A stretch of DNA of 24,000 nt from NCBI GenBank assembly GCA_030612265.1, contig JAUWOE010000011.1:10606-34605 (forward strand), read 5' to 3'. The notes beneath the pieces are model-generated. The model worked only from the letters and a program-made list of their open reading frames with translations. It made no database searches and had not been told where the DNA came from. Position numbers and translations under genes: made by a program. Numbering within the stretch: position 1 is the first letter of the stretch; the number at the start of each line of letters is the position of its first letter. Positions 22,306 to 24,000 of the stretch are shown piece by piece. This stretch comes from Promethearchaeum sp. (GTDB lineage Archaea > Asgardarchaeota > Lokiarchaeia > Sigyniarchaeales > Promethearchaeaceae).

Positions 22306-22739
22306 TGATATTTATGATTATATTAGACACAAATGTAATAATAAAAATAATACATAATAAATTAAATCTAGCTCAATTGAAGGAAAAAATCTTAGAAACT
22401 GAAATATTCGGGATTTCGTCGATTTCTCTTTATGAATTATATTTTGGATTGTATAAAATTAAATATAGGAAGGATAAACAGATAAATCAAGAAAAATGGG
22501 ATAATGAATTAAGAATAATCAAATTGATTGAAGATAAACTCGAAGTGATAGAGTTTGATTCAAAATCAGCGCAGTTAAGCGCAGAAATATATCATTTATT
22601 ACGATCTAAAGGTGAGATTATTGAACTTTTCGACTGTATGATTGCAGGGAATATGAAAGCCTTTGGGCATAAATCTATAATAACAACAAATTCAAAGCAT
22701 TTCTCCCGAATTTCCGAAATTAATGTTCATTTAATTTAA
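22305..22739 (+). CDS. vapC: PIN-domain ribonuclease toxin VapC
   Basis: ILDTNVIIK supplies the first acidic residue, SLYELYFG supplies the Glu, LFDCMIAG supplies the Asp, and IITTNSKHF is the C-terminal T.N..HF motif. The GTG at 22305 overlaps the vapB stop, and an alternative ATG lies at 22314. Confidence 0.8.
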   Translation: MIFMIILDTNVIIKIIHNKLNLAQLKEKILETEIFGISSISLYELYFGLYKIKYRKDKQINQEKWDNELRIIKLIEDKLEVIEFDSKSAQLSAEIYHLLRSKGEIIELFDCMIAGNMKAFGHKSIITTNSKHFSRISEINVHLI

Positions 22740-22753
22740 AGAACGAAATAATT

Positions 22754-23443
22754 GAATTATTACCCGTCCAGGTTTCAAAGTCACATTTTTTATTAATTCT
22801 TTAGTAAAGGAGTGGAAATTTTTCCGGGACTAGCTTCAAAAAAAACCATTGAAAAAAATCATAGTTTAGCAATAAAACCAGAATCATGTATATTAAAACC
22901 AGATAGCAATCCTCTTCATGAAAATCTGTAGGAAGGAGGCAAATTACTGAAATCTTTGCTAAAAATCAATCATTTAAGATCTATGGAACAAAGTTGAAAG
23001 AAAAAGTCGATCATGTTATCTCTTTCGTAACCAACCTATTAAATAAAACTCTCTATCAAGCTCAAAAAGCCATGGAAAATACAAAAAATATACTTGAGGA
23101 TAATGGAACTTTTACTTTGATTGCAAAATGCGATCGTGGTATTGAAAATCCCTTATTTTTCCAAAGAATGAAACACTTACAAACACTTGAGAATATTGTT
23201 TCTTCATTAACGTTTGAGAAATATAAATTTGGAGATCATAAAGCCTATTATTGGGCAGAACTTGCCAAGCGCGCTCGTTTGTTTTATATAGGAGATATTT
23301 CAAGCGGTGAGGCATATGAAGCTTTCATGGAAAAAATCAGCTTTAACAACTTGTTTGCTAAAATCGAAAAATGGATAGAAAAAAACCAGACAATTCTCAT
23401 TGATGAAATGGGTGGGATGTCAGTGGCTTATTTTGAGAAATAA
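22754..23443 (+). pseudogene. Decayed, 5-prime-truncated larA-like (nickel-pincer 2-hydroxyacid racemase/DUF2088 family) gene
   Basis: Three pieces lie in alternating frames:
- 22754-22801: ELLPVQVSKSHFLLIL*
- 22797-22946: FFSKGVEIFPGLASKKTIEKNHSLAIKPESCILKPDSNPLHEICRKEANY*
- 22931-23443: ...TFTLIAKCDRGIENPLFFQRM...GDHKAYYWAELAKRARLFYIGDIS...ILIDEMGGMSVAYF
Together they parallel the LarA core (H.f.G.SGG.K...PG.a...ti..nH......G.l.gNP.H.d..eaa) and C-terminal half. However, the GG/K catalytic positions have changed, there is no ATG, and the N-terminal ~170 aa are absent. Confidence 0.5.
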
Positions 23444-23457
23444 GAAAAAAAATAGAA

Positions 23458-24000
23458 TTACCAACCTTGTGAATCAACAGCATCAGCATTATACTTAGTT
23501 GTCCATTTAATATCGTATTTGGATTCATCCATTTTCAATTCTTCAATCATTTGTTGCATTTGAAGCTGAGTTGCTTCAGAAATTGGAACACCGTTTTTCA
23601 TCCTTTCTAATTCGACTACATACTCCTTTTCTCCAGCAATATAAATATGTTCAGCTCCTGGTTGCTTCTTTGAATTAGTAATTTCCCTAAAAATATCACC
23701 GGTAGTTTTCTTAAAGGTCTCCAGCTCAACAAAAGCTTCAATATCTATGGCAATGAAGAAATGACCTAATCTATACGGATCAAAAACTTGTTTGTTTCCT
23801 TCCATATGAAATCCAAGACAATGTTGCAGGAAATTTGCAGAACTAAGGGCCGCAGAAAGAATCTCCACAAAAGTTGCATAATTATAACCTTTATAACCAC
23901 CTAAATCTTCTCCACTTCCACCTAATGGGGTAAGAGCGGCTTTTTTCTTTAGCATATCTTTTAAAATTTGATTTGAATCCGTAGGATTTTCCCCGGATGT
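23458..24000 (-). CDS. Ldh_2-family dehydrogenase (type-2 malate/L-lactate/L-sulfolactate dehydrogenase). C-terminal 180 codons only; the N-terminus lies beyond the right window edge.
   Basis: The reverse frame stays open past the track's Met to the window end (TSGENPTDSNQILKDMLKKKAALTPLGGSGEDLGGYKGYNYATFVEILSAALS...LGHFFIAIDIEAF). PLGG....GYKGY...VE.L...L and F.IAID are Ldh_2 hallmarks. Confidence 0.75.
   Translation of the reverse strand, partial: TSGENPTDSNQILKDMLKKKAALTPLGGSGEDLGGYKGYNYATFVEILSAALSSANFLQHCLGFHMEGNKQVFDPYRLGHFFIAIDIEAFVELETFKKTTGDIFREITNSKKQPGAEHIYIAGEKEYVVELERMKNGVPISEATQLQMQQMIEELKMDESKYDIKWTTKYNADAVDSQGW

Noticed and set aside
21920-22330. 136-aa minus-strand ORF overlapping vapB
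   Set aside because: The vapB/vapC pair on the plus strand has clear family motifs, promoter spacing and gene overlap. The antisense ORF is low-complexity (L/I/N/H-rich) with no signals.
21867-22800. vapBC as part of a defined mobile element with terminal or target-site repeats
   Set aside because: I found no transposase or integrase gene. The only shared flank sequences are 7-mer AT words (ATTGAAT), which are not significant. I therefore treat it as a cassette adjacent to a truncation, not as a delimited element.
23112-23315. 67-aa minus-strand ORF
   Set aside because: It is antisense to the larA-like C-terminal remnant and shows no supporting features.
1-24000. Search for rRNA, tRNA, CRISPR arrays and P-loop GTPases/ATPases
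   Set aside because: The intergenic regions are short and AT-rich, with no G+C-rich segments capable of forming stems. No regularly spaced direct repeats were seen. No GxxxxGK[ST] motif occurs in any ORF translation.

Overview
Strongly AT-rich, gene-dense segment (G+C judged by eye, not computed) with about 20 credible protein genes. I found no rRNA, tRNA, CRISPR array, transposase or integrase. The gene content and signals look archaeal: a type II methionine aminopeptidase, TATA-like boxes about 24-30 nt upstream of start codons suggesting leaderless mRNAs, and oligo-T tracts after stop codons. Several proteins look like eukaryotic-signature proteins, which points to an Asgard (Loki/Promethearchaeia-like) archaeon. 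That assignment is inference from motifs only.

The flanks are ordinary. The left flank has MetAP2 (partial), an EamA permease and a PIG-M/DUF2029-like GT-C glycosyltransferase. The right flank has Nnr, a GH2 glycosidase with a GPH/SLC45-like sugar symporter, a vapBC cassette abutting a decayed larA-like pseudogene, and a partial Ldh_2 dehydrogenase.

The unusual part is the centre (about 3.0-16.8 kb), with four components:
1. A longin/uDENN-like head fused to a long coiled coil.
2. An inverted pair of DUF998-like membrane paralogs.
3. A tightly packed four-gene minus-strand operon: a 708-aa beta-sandwich/charged-repeat/alpha-solenoid protein, a GCS2 carboxylate-amine ligase, an amidohydrolase and a DUF998 protein. 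I cannot assign it to any characterised pathway.
4. A cluster of a YbjN-like protein, a longin-like protein, a vWA protein (three small beta-barrel modules plus a ~140-aa polyproline linker), a Roadblock/LC7 protein and a gelsolin-domain protein, with no P-loop GTPase anywhere in the window.

All family calls rest on motif recognition by eye. No searches were run.
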